64,000 nt of DNA from the NCBI GenBank assembly GCA_051294375.1, contig CM119268.1, forward strand, positions 7,588,632 to 7,652,631, in the 5' to 3' direction. Below the pieces are notes generated by a model. It was given only the letters and a program-made list of their open reading frames with translations, was not told the origin of the DNA and did not search any database. Position 1 is the stretch's first letter; the number at the start of each line of letters is the position of its first letter. A program made the position numbers and the translations under genes. Origin of the DNA: Paraspadella gotoi. Lineage: Eukaryota; Animalia; Chaetognatha. Below, one piece after another: positions 25,401 through 37,183 of the stretch.

Positions 25401-28400
25401 TGCGATGCGAATCTGTGTGCATGGTTCAGTGCTCGCGCAGAGAAGCCATTGTGGAGATTGACTGGCGTGGATTAAAGTTATTAATGCGCACATTAGCGTG
25501 GAATAGGATCAAGAGTAGCAATCTCGATGAATCGCGTAATTTGCCGAAGTTGCGTGCTGGGACGCTATACTGTATGGTGAAAAACGGAAAACAAAACTAT
25601 GGAGAATTTATTTGGTCACCTATAGATATATATTGTATATTATTCAATCGTTCTCTCTTTTTGTGCTTTTTTAGTCGTTATTGAAAATTATTAGTATGAT
25701 GGTAAAAATGACAAATTTCTTTGAATGAGTGATTAATTTTACAACTCAAAGATTACGATTAATGGTGGTTTTCATTTAATTTTCTTTGAGTTCAAATGAT
25801 TTTCGACTCTTATGATTGTTTATCACAGTATCACATTTTTCATTTATTTCTGTTCAGGTTTATGCTAATTTAATTTAATATTTGTGTGAAATTGAATCAT
25901 TCTAATTTATTTATAGTGTAATTCACAAATGAATAAGGGAAGAGAGCAGCATAAAAGAGAACAGAAGACGAGAATATTTGGACGGAGAAGATCATGAATT
26001 AGAATATTTAATTTATAATAAGAAGAAGTACAGTATGGAAAAACTTAAGTGCCCTGTTTTATTGGATCTTGGGTTAAATTCATTTTTATTCCATAATTTA
26101 AACTGTCGGACTTATGGAAATTGGGAGATGATATGAGAGAGATGCAGAGGTTACCATTCAAATCGTACAATTAGTTATGTGTGAACAACAGTATATAATG
26201 AATAATAGGCAAACTTAAGTAAGTAAACAAAGAATTTATGTAAATAGTGAATTTTTTGAGAAGATTTGGGAAAAATTGAAAATTGGGGAAATTGTGTGTT
26301 TGAAAAAAAAAATTATATATTCAACAAGTGATTGGTTTATAGTTAAAGTATAATTTGATAGTATAAATAATGAACCTTGGCGCATATAATTTTTTTCGTT
26401 GGAATCGAGGGTGGAAATGGCGGTTACTATTTTGTGTTATTTTTTGCATTCTATTACATCTCTCTTTAGTTTACTTGCAACATTTAACACAATTTTTTAA
26501 ATATTTTAAAAATTCGTGCTTATCACTTTTCTTTTTTTCTTCAGACTCCAAAACAGGCCAAATAGACCAATTTTTTTTTTTTTTTTTTGCTCTTTTGTGG
26601 TTGGCAATGTGTGGTTATTCTCCTCTAGATGCCTTCTCAGATCGCAGACGGAACAACCCCGACCGGCCTCCATAATAGAGTGATCTTCGGATAGGTCGTT
26701 TTGATTTACGTTATAAGTGAAAAAATGAGGGCAACGATGGGCGCCCGGGCGTCCCATGCGCCTCGTAACGTTTGTAAGACAAACGCTCATGCGCCGTTGA
26801 AATGACACTCGCTAGTTATGAGCCGTCTATTGATAGAGAAAAACATCTGAATTCAGCTGCTCATGACCGTTCTCGGATCATCGCGTTGACATATAAGCGC
26901 CAGCTTCTGGCCTTTGTCCCCGTTCTTTAGCTAAAAATAAAAATGATTTAATACTGGTACACGATTTCTTTACTCTCCTGGATATAATCATTATGGCTAT
27001 ATGCGTAGATTTAACTATTTCTAGTTTTATTATTAAATATAATTATCTCTCTTAGAAAACAATATGTTTCATTTTCTTTCTTTCTTCTTTTCTAATTCTT
27101 TCTTTATACTTTTCTTTCTTTTCTATCTTCATTTCTCCTTTCTTTCTCTTTATCTTTTCTTATGTTTCTTCTTTTCTTATTCTCCTTCTTTTATCTTATT
27201 CTTATTCCTTTGTTCTTCCTCCCCTTATGCTTCTTCTCTTGTTATTTTATATGACTTCTTTTTTCTTTTTTCGCTTTTTCTTGCCATAACACACAACTTT
27301 CCCTCTTTATTAGTATCTGGAGGTTTCCTTCTCTTTAAATCTCTTTATTTCAACTCTCATACTCCTCTCTCTCAGTTACTCTTACATATTTTCTCTCTCC
27401 ATGCGCGCCCACAGTTTTGTAGTCCGTCCGGAAATTTATTCATTTTACCGCAGTAGGGGAAAGACCTAATAAATAAGCATCGCGCTTTGTCTACCCTTCG
27501 GTTTAATTTTACGAAGGCTCCACGGACACGCGATTCCGATTTTCGACATGGGGCGGCGCAAATTAAAAGAGATTGCCTTCTCTTTTCTTTATTTGTCTAT
27601 TTTGTATGTGTTCATAAACGTTTTTACACGAAGGTCATGTCTGTCTGGTCAGTCTTAGAAAGTAGTGACAAATTTGCTTCTTCTCCTAAATTTATATGGC
27701 AAATTCAGGGTCGCAAGTCCTTTTCTTTCCTCTCCGTTTATTTGTACTGGATTTATCCTTTCTCGCATATTCTGTTCTATTGGCCTATCACTTATAATTG
27801 TTCTTCAGCGTCTTTCAGTTTCTTTATTTTTTATATATTCATTTTCTTATACATCTGTTGGCTTCTTCTTTCCTTTCTTTCTTTCTTTCTTTTCTTTTTT
27901 TTCTGTCTTTCTTTCTTTCCTTGTACGCCTTTCCTGCTTTTTATTGTACTTGTCTACGTGTGTACGCACTTTCTCAACTTTGGACTCGATAGATATCTCC
28001 TTCGCTCTCTATTCTCCGTTGCTCTCCGCTCTTCGTTTTCGTGCCCGTGTGTGCACGTATCCCACGCAGAGTGGGCCCATTTTGAGACATAGACCGGCTC
28101 GAAAGGCGACGCGCAGAAGTCCGATGGATGACCTCGAGGGATCACGATTCCGTGTTCATGTCGAAGCAAAGTTCTCGGAGACGCATGTCTTCTATGACGT
28201 CGTTGAGGTCGTCTTGTCAAGTCGAAAAGTCCCAAACAATCGGATCGTCAACACCCGTCACTCGATTTATGTGAAAAGAAGACAGTCGGATGGCCTCAGC
28301 GTGCGATTCGCTTCCACAAATTTGCGGAACACGATGAGGTTTGCAGGACGAGCTACGTTTCACCCTCGCCTATCAACCTTCGTTTTTCAAATTTTTGAAA

Positions 28401-31400
28401 AAAAATATTACGGGACTGAATTTATTTAAAAGATAATCTGACGATGAGACTGACCGAAAAAACCGAACATTATTGATTGGATTTTGATTGGAGGAGGAAG
28501 TTGAAGCTTCCTCGCTACAACGCCGAGAAGAGGAGACAATTGTTTGAGTCAGGTTGCTGGAATGGAGACATTCACGTTTGAGAGTGCCAATGCCAATAGA
28601 GCACCCATGATAATATGCCAAGTCCAATAGAGACAATTTTTGGTAAGCGGCCATGAGAAACTCTCGAGGGCTTCATTGGTTTTTGATTTACTTTTTTCAC
28701 AAAGCAGTGTTTTTTTTTTATTAACGTCCATTATTGACATTTTGGGCTACTGAAAAAAAAACAAAAAACAAAAGAAAGACGTTGCCGATGCTGAGTATAA
28801 AATTCTCGGTTTTTTTTATTGCAAGGACAAACGTTATTAGAATTTCTAAATAAATAATACGGAAATGTAATAAAATAGTTAGCTTCAGAAGTTTCAGCGC
28901 TGAGATTTATGACTATTGAGCGAGGTTGATAAATAGGAGGAGCGCGACCTACGTAAACGATCATAAATCACGTTCCTTAACTCGTTTCGTGTATAAATAT
29001 TCAAAAAAGGACAACAACTATTATGAATGATGCTTTTACCTCTTCTGGGATCACTTTCCGTTGCTTTTGGGATTGAGATATTCCACATATAATATACTTC
29101 TTGTATTATAATAACAAAACGTTAAAATCATTTGGGATTGAACTAATAAAAGAGATCATCAGTGATTGGGACAGTAAAAAACACCAACCAAATTCCGAAG
29201 TTCATTAGAAAGAAACAAACATCAATCATACCAAAATTATGGGTTTGCTTTTGAGACATTTTTTAATTATTAAAAAAAAATAGTTATGACCGCTTGGCCA
29301 GAGGCAATTGGATTATGTACGTATTTATATATTGGGCCTTTTTTAAATAAAAAAAACATGGTTATTTCCTATAATTCGTCACAAAATTGCGATGATTATG
29401 GACTTTGGTGATATAAAATATAAATTTCTGTTATTATACAAAAATATTTGAGTATAAACTATCACTGCCACCTAAACTCGTTAAGTTTTATATTTAAATT
29501 TAATTTCATTTTCATCGCAATGTTCATCTTTTTGGCGAAAAGCTTGATAAAAATTTCAAAAACCAAAAAAGTGTTCCTTTTGGAATCTTAATGATGCAAC
29601 GTTTAAGTGCACTCGATAGCAATATGATTATCCTTTTCAATAATTATTTACAAATGGAACTAAAAATTCGAAGTCCGATAAACCTGGTATTCTAATTCCC
29701 CACTATTACTATTTAAATATCAAACTTTTTTTTCTTAACCTATAATTAAATATTATCAAACCTTATAAATGAAAAGTTTTTTATATAAAACTACGCTCTA
29801 CTACAGAAAGTTACAACAATAAAAAAAATACTCAAAGGAAATGAATGCAGAAGGCTTCATTATTATAAAATGTAGTACCCTTTCTTGTGACCTAGAAATC
29901 TGTTTCCCACAAACTACCCCCCATCGAATTTAATGAAATTTACATTTGAGTGCTAATGACTATTAAATGAGAACTATCCGAGGCCCGAATTTTGTATTCG
30001 TCGGAAGAAGAAACTTTTTCGTTGAAGATTCGATCATCGGACTTTTATTCATTTGGGATATTAATTCATTAACAAATAAAACGTTTCACCACGTGGTCTT
30101 ATTTCATTTAATTATTTCCATTTGAATTGATATTTTGTTTATATCGATGTTCTTTCCTTTTTTACGGCAAGGAGCGCTGGAAGGACTGCTCTATCAAAAT
30201 TGACCAGCGTCTTTGTTGAATACTTGTTTCTGTGTGAGCGTTTTAGTTGCACGCGATGATTATAGGTAGCACCTGGAAGGTGACTCTGTACGTCCGGTCT
30301 GAGCTTTTGTGTGTGATATTATGACTACTTTAAGTGGGTATAAGTTGTTAGAAATTTTTCTCTCGGCCTCTCTGCATCTGTAAGTCCTTATCTCTCTCAA
30401 TTCGATTTAATTCAAGTTGTCCTTTTTCGTGACTCTCAGTTGTAGATTCTCTCAAGTTCTTGTTGTCAAGTTTACAATAACTCACGCAGCTCCATCTCCC
30501 CCCCCTGCCCTCGGTTTGCTTCATTACAATGGTCAACGCATTTGGACTTCTGCTCTCCTCCTTTCCGCGCTCGCAACAATCCGAATCCTTTCTGTTGCGC
30601 ATACCTTTAGTATCTTTTATTTTTCCTTTTGCCACGTTGGCCGTATTTGTTCGTGTGTCTTGGGGTACGCCATGCCGGACTCAAAATTTCGCCGTGCCAA
30701 CTCGGACTCGTCCGCTCTCGACAGTGATATATTCGGCCGCTCGGAACGGCCGACGCTAAAATGGTGTTCTTTAGTCGAGGAAGAGGAGGAATTGGAGATG
30801 GAAAATGGGGTGGATGAGTGGGGTGACACTCCTTTGGTCACCCCACCACTCATCGACTAGGGCCCTTCTAGGGTGGGGGAAATATCTGTAGCGCAGGGAT
30901 GAGGCATTGAGAAAGCATGATCGTGGTCACCGCAAACTAAGTAGCAAAGCATGAAATATTTGAGCAAAGAGAGAGGAGAGAGTGAGCGCGCAAGTTGCAT
31001 CGTCCTTAATGAGTGCCAGAGAAGACTGGAGGTGTTGAGAAATAGTGGAGTGAATGAACCTGCGGACGCCCTTGAACTATAGAGAGTTGTGAGAGAGAGG
31101 ATTGAACAGTTTTGGGCCTGACTGCCTCTCGATATTAGCTTGAGTGAAGTGAACACTCGGAATATAGCAGGCTGTCTTCCAGAGCACTGTACGAGAGACA
31201 AGATCCTGAGGAAGAGGGGACGGCATGCAAGTTGGACGTATTAAACCGAACAAGAAACATCCTACAGCAAGTTCGCTGTGAGATATGATTGATTGCCCTA
31301 TTGGGTGATTCAGACAGTGCTGTGAAGGAAAATTAATCTGATGATTTCATCGAAGAGTTGTCAACTTGTGAGGGCTTCGTCTGGAGTATAGCCCACCAAA

Positions 31401-33474
31401 GAGCAAGCAGTTGCTGAGAGGACGTGAAAGGACCTTGGTGGAATCGGCAGAAGGGAAGAGTAATTGGTAGAAAATTGAGATGACCTATCACTAAAACGTG
31501 CGCACTCTTGGGGTTAGAAGATAGCACAAGTCGTTCTAAAGATCGCTTCGACTACTTTATTCGGCTCGCGGCCGAGGTGGATGCGTAGTAAAGATTAGCG
31601 GTCCTGTAGGTAATACGTCCCTAATGAACTGACGGAATGCGACTCAAGATGTCTGAGTTGAGGGATCCATCACGGTCTATAGAGAGATAACAAATCCGAC
31701 TACGTGAATAGGCGCAACTAGTAAACATCCATATGTGGGCACCTAAAAGGTGGAAATCCGCACTCTGCCCTATGACAGCCACGGTGTTCCAAATGTCCCG
31801 GAAGTCCCGCCCTTGATTCTTTTTGCACGAGGAAAGTGGCCTCTCGGAAGAAGCGCTATGGCGCCCGGGAGTGCGTCGATATGAAACGCGGGAGAAAACG
31901 ATGGCAGGCGTAAGATTAACAAAAATAGCTTATTATTTGGAATATATATATAACACCCCCAAAATTTTGATTTTCTCAAAGTGCCAATATTTGCTGAGGA
32001 GTTATTTTTATGTCTCCTCGCCTTGTAGGCTGTAAATAGTACCGATCTTTTATGTGACCTAAGAAAGAAAGGATTGGCTTGTTTGTGCCGTCGAGCGCCT
32101 GTAAATAGCAGAGACACATTTGAGAGCACCTAGGCTTACGAAGTAATCACCACTTGGGCCACAAGTGTTATTTAATGTAAGAATAGTGAAAGCAGGAGTT
32201 GCATGTTCTGAAATCGAAATAGGAGAATCCCTTGAACTGATTCACGTGGCCAGCTAAGGGGCCAGCCGCCGCCACCCACGTTGGCCGGAATTGCGCACCA
32301 ACAGGCGCCCAGAACCCTAACCGCGGCTCGGAAAATTTCACTGTTAACGGGGCCACTAGCACTTGAGGATAACTAATTTCACCAATAGAGAATAGAACTC
32401 AAGAAGGCCGTGCCGAACGTCAAATGGCCCGAGGAACCAATCCCCCAATAGGGATAAGGGGGGCAAAGACCTCTATAAATCTGCAGATGGACTCCGCCAT
32501 GTGAGCCGACTAAAATCCCAATAAGGAAAGGGTCGAATGGGGCCACACGCAGGAAACCAATTTCCGCCAATCACAGAAGGGTCGCCAATGGCAAGTGACG
32601 AGGGATCACCACAAATCCCAATAGGGGAAGGCCTGACGGGCACAAGGAACCACTCCCAAATAGGAAATGTAGATCGTCAAATTGGTCTCCCACAAGGAAA
32701 ACCAATCCCAATAGGATACACGAGGCTTACATGGCACTAAATAAGCTACAAGTGAAAACAGAGAATGCCTCTTAAACCGTGACTAGGACTAGGACCACTT
32801 AGAATGAGACACAACAAAGGAACCAAGGAACCAATACCTATAGGAAGCCTATGAAAGGCAATCCTGCGCTAGGAAGGTAACCACTCCCCAGAGTAGTAAT
32901 CATAGAATAGCAAATGGCGAGAACGGACCAATGTTTAGGATTACTGATAAAAAAGAGATGCTCTCCCAAAATGAATAGGTTCAAAAGAGTCTTTAGAGTA
33001 GAGCATATGAAAGATGGTCGCCACATCGCGAGACCATTGAATCTCGCCTGGTTATTTATCGCTCTCCATCAGTTGGGCTGCCACCTAAACCCATGCTCCG
33101 CACATCCCCAAGATATACCGGAAAACTCGGGGATTTTTACCGGCCCCAGATCACCCTCGATAACCTAATGGAAGCCAAAGACCAACTTTTGGACCTCTAC
33201 TTTCTCTCTGCTTGGCGGAACATAGATTAGAACCTCGTAGAGTTTCCCAAAACTGTAGAGAACCCAAAACCACACTAACATGGCATACATTGAGAGACAG
33301 CAAAGCCTATCGCAATTTTTACCGAATAGTGCTAAATTTGGCCACTGGCACAATGAACCCGATGGATATTCCACCGTAAAAATGCCCGAATAAGAAGGGC
33401 CACTTTGGCACGGAGGAACCAATCCCAATAGGAAGGGCTACTGGCACAATTGAACCAATCCAAAAATTAAAGGC
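19441..33474 (-). repeat. ~14-kb error-rich inverted duplicate of the clean sequence in 33500-61400 (probable mis-oriented raw long read)
   Basis: Collinear reverse-complement matches: 19580-20990 vs 61370-60160; 19600-22240 vs 59450-56760; 22400-24690 vs 56700-55795; 24776-25000 vs 47232-47129; 25250-25930 vs 46975-46590; 26135-28071 vs 37105-35770; 30175-30505 vs 35765-35540; 30520-30765 vs 34750-34586; 31810-32265 vs 34320-34030. Confidence 0.9.
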
Positions 33475-33499
33475 NNNNNNNNNNNNNNNNNNNNNNNNN

Positions 33500-34038
33500 T
33501 GCCATTAGTTCTTCCTATTGGGATTGGTTCCTTGTGCCGGTGGCCCTTCCTATTGGGATTGGTTCCTTGTGCCATTGGGCCTTCCTATTAGGTTTGGTTC
33601 CTTGTGCCACTAGTTCTTCCTATTGGGATTGGTTCCTCGTGCCATTGGCCCTTCCTATTGGGAGTGGTTCCTCCTGCCATCAGGCCTTCCTATAGGGATT
33701 GGTTCCTTGTGCCATTGGGCCTTCCTATTAGGTTTGTTTCCTTGTGCTATTAGGCCTTCCTATTGGGATTGGTTCCTTGTGCCATTGGCCCTTCCTATTG
33801 GGAGTGGTTCCTTGTGCCGTCAGGCCTTCCTATTGGGATTGGTTCCTCATGCCATTGGCCCTTCTTATTGGGATTGGTTCCTCGTGCCATTGACCCTTCT
33901 TATTGGGATTAGTTCCTCGTGCCAGTGGCCCTTCCTATTGGGATTGGTTCCTCGTGCCATTGACCCTTCTTATTGGGATTAGTTCCTCGTGCCAGTGGCC
34001 CTTCATATTGGGATTGGTTCCTCGTGCCAGTGGCCCTT
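33500..34038 (+). repeat. Same 35-bp minisatellite, ~15 units, same orientation as 19152-19441
   Basis: Direct reading. A degenerate reverse-complement copy lies at ~32260-33474. Confidence 0.95.
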
Positions 34039-35899
34039 ACTGTGATAGTTAGATTCTAATGCTAAATACTCTTCCTATTCTATTAATGCCAGTGGTGATT
34101 ACTAAGTAGTCTCTCAATGTGTCTCTCTATTTACGCAAGCCAATCTTCTAATAATGGTCATATCCTAGGGAAACAAAAATTTAACCTTATATTTATATAT
34201 ATTCCAAATCATAAGCTATTTTTGTTAATCTTACGCCTGCCTCGTTTTCGCGTTTCATCGACGCACTCCGGCGCATGCGCTTTTCCAGAGCCACTTTCCC
34301 TCGTGACAAAAGATCAACGTCCCTCCCGCGAATCCTTTTGCTTTTACACGGTTTCTCTTACGGAGGACATCTCGTTCGCTCATTAGGACTACAGAGTTTT
34401 CTCCTCTCGCCATCATCGCACGCTTTCTTTCCCAATGTCCATTATTGTCCTCTTTCTCTCTCTCTCTCTCTCTCNNNNNNNNNNNNNNNNNNNNNNNNNN
34501 NNNNNNNNNNNNNNNNNNNNNNNNNNNNNNNNNNNNNNNNNNNNNNNNNNNNNNNNNNNNNNNNNNNNNNNNNNNNNNNNNNNNNCATTTTCGGCGTCGG
34601 CCGCCGAGCGGCGCTGGCGACGATCAGCGCTTTTAGCGGAGGGACCCAGAAACGAACAAAAGGCTCGTGGAAAGCAAAAAAGATCAATGGCAAGAAAGGA
34701 TCGGTTGCGAGCGCGGAAAGAAAAGAATCAATCGAAAGTGAAAAGCAACTCGNNNNNNNNNNNNNNNNNNNNNNNNNCTTCGTTTATCTTCCTCCTCCCT
34801 CCTCTCTCTTTTCTCTCTCTCCTCTCTCTAATCTCTCTCTCTCTCTCTTTTACCTCTCTCTCTTTTCTCTCTCTCTCTCTTTCGGTCGCCTTCCGGGCAA
34901 CTTCTTAGTTAAATTTTATAGAAAATAAAAATTTCGGATTTACATAAATAAGTCTACTTGCAAGTCAGATTCTTTCTTTTTTATTAAAACGAAAACCGCA
35001 AAAAACCGCAACAGTGGGGTTATGTCTCAGCACCACCCCAGCCATTGAATGCCTTTTGAAGTTAAATTTCGATGATCCCTAAATATTCCCGACAACTTAA
35101 AGCTTGAAACTTAAGGGAAAATCCTTGAGGCTCATTTTCATTTCTAAATTCACTTTGCCAACTTAGATGCGCACTGTATTTGCAACTTCATTCTTACAAT
35201 ATTAATAAAAAAATAATATTGTTCAAAAGAACAACCTCTTAGCGAAAGAGCTGTTTGATGATTTTATTAAAAATATTTATTAGTTTTTTAATTTTAAAAA
35301 TTTAGATTATTTCTGACGTGATATAATGTTGTTGGTAACCCAAACCAGCAAATCAAAAAATTCAATTTGCATCGCAAGACCGCATTGAAAATAATAATTC
35401 CGTACTAATGACAAAAAAAACGAAAATTTAACGTTTAATAGGAAATGGCAAAGGAAATTTAAAGACAACGGATATTTGTCAAAAAATCAATAGAAATCGC
35501 TAAAGTTGATGACATGACTTTTCACGGTGGTGGATTTACACTGTGCGGGGTGATGGCGCGTGAGTTATGTAAACTTGAAAAAGAAATAGAAATTCGAAAC
35601 GAAAAAGAGGACAACTTGAATAATCATTGATAAATTAGGAAAAGGGGCGAAACAATTTTACTCACAAGTAGATACACAAGCTCAGACGCGTACAGGTACT
35701 ACAGGTACGTGCAACTAAAACGCTCAGAAAGATTCAACAAAGACGTGTCAAAAGCAGTCTTCACCTCTGGCTCTGCGTGGGTCGTGATACGAAAAAAGAA
35801 AGAGAGAATGGAGAATAGATAGCGAAGGGAATACAGTGGAAAGTGGTACAGTACAGTACAATAAAAAGCATGGAAAAGAAAGAAAGAAAGAAAGAAAAA

Positions 35900-35931
<32 letters not shown>

Positions 35932-36366
35932 GAGAAAGAGAAAGAAAAAAATAAGAAATGAATGAAGAACAATATAGAGTGAAAGGCAGACAGAATAGCA
36001 GAAAGGAAAAATAGACAAATAAAAAGAAAGAAAGGATTGCGACCATGCCATAGAATAAAATAGACACTAGACTGACAGACAGAATAGCAGAAAGAAAAAA
36101 TAGACAAATAAAAAGAAAGAGAGGATCGCGCCCATGTCGGAATCGAATCCGTTGTCCGTCGTAAAATTAACCGAAGGAAAAGGTTAAAAGTCTTTTCCCC
36201 ACTGTAAATCCGACGGACTACAACTGTGTGCGATGAGAGAGAAAGAGAGAGAGAGAGAGAGTGAGAGAAAGAGATAAAGAGAGGAAAATGGAGATCTATG
36301 AAGAGGGAGAGTGGTTGCAAGAAAAGGAGAAAAAGAAAAAGAGTTAAAAAAAGAAAGAAAGAAAGG

Positions 36367-36426
<60 letters not shown>

Positions 36427-36627
36427 GGAAAGAAAGAAAGAAATGAAACTTATTGTTTTGTAGAATATATTTAACGAAATATTTCGCATGCGATAATGAT
36501 AATTCCAAATAAAAAGAATCGTGTAGATTTGTAACCTAATTGCGTTAAGAACGGGGACGTTGGCAGAGCCTCTTATTGTCGCGAGTCGAGACGGTCATGA
36601 GCGCTGAATTCAGTGTTTTCTCTATCA

Positions 36628-36705
36628 ATGACGTCATCGCGAGGCGGCGCGGTTGCTAAGCGACGCCATGGTGACGCCGGGCGCCCATCGTTGCCACGAG
36701 ACAAC
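36628..36705. promoter_or_regulatory. Cluster of a perfect CRE and three RFX X-box-like motifs in a CpG-rich patch
   Basis: ATGACGTCAT (36628-36637), GTTGCTAAGCGAC (36652-36664), GACGCCATGGTGAC (36662-36675) and GTTGCCACGAGACAAC (36690-36705). Confidence 0.45.
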
Positions 36706-37143
36706 GATTCCGAAGACAATTATGGAGGCCGTCGGTTGTTCCGTCTGCCGAAGCTTGGGAGACGCAAAAAAAAAAAAAAAAAAANNNNNNNNNNNNNNNN
36801 NNAAAAAAAAAAGAAAGTGATAAGCACGAATTTAAATATTTAAAAATATTGTGTTAAATGTTGCAAGTAAAACTAAGAAGATGTAATAGAATCAAAAAAT
36901 AAAAACTAGTACTCAAGTTTATATTTCTTTAAAAATTATATTATAATTTGTTGAATATATAATTTTTCACTTTTTCAATTTTTCAAATTTAAAATTCAAT
37001 TTTAACTAAATTCTTTGTTTACTTACTAAGTTTTCCTATTTATTCATTATATTACTGTTGTACATTAACTAATGTACTGATTGAATGGTTAACCTCTGCA
37101 TCTCTCTCTCTCTCTCTCNNNNNNNNNNNNNNNNNNNNNNNNN

Positions 37144-37182
<39 letters not shown>

Positions 37183-37183
<1 letters not shown>

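Noticed and set aside
19152-34038. 35-bp repeat arrays as a CRISPR-like array, or the ORFs over them (19176-19574, 33623-33982) as proteins
   Set aside because: Units are head-to-tail with no unique spacers, there are no cas genes, and the context is eukaryotic. The ORFs are just translations of the repeat.
34778-35540. ~760-bp segment absent from the mirrored copy as a transposon insertion
   Set aside because: It starts at a 25-N gap with TC repeats and has no TIR, TSD or coding signal, so it is probably gap over-extension.
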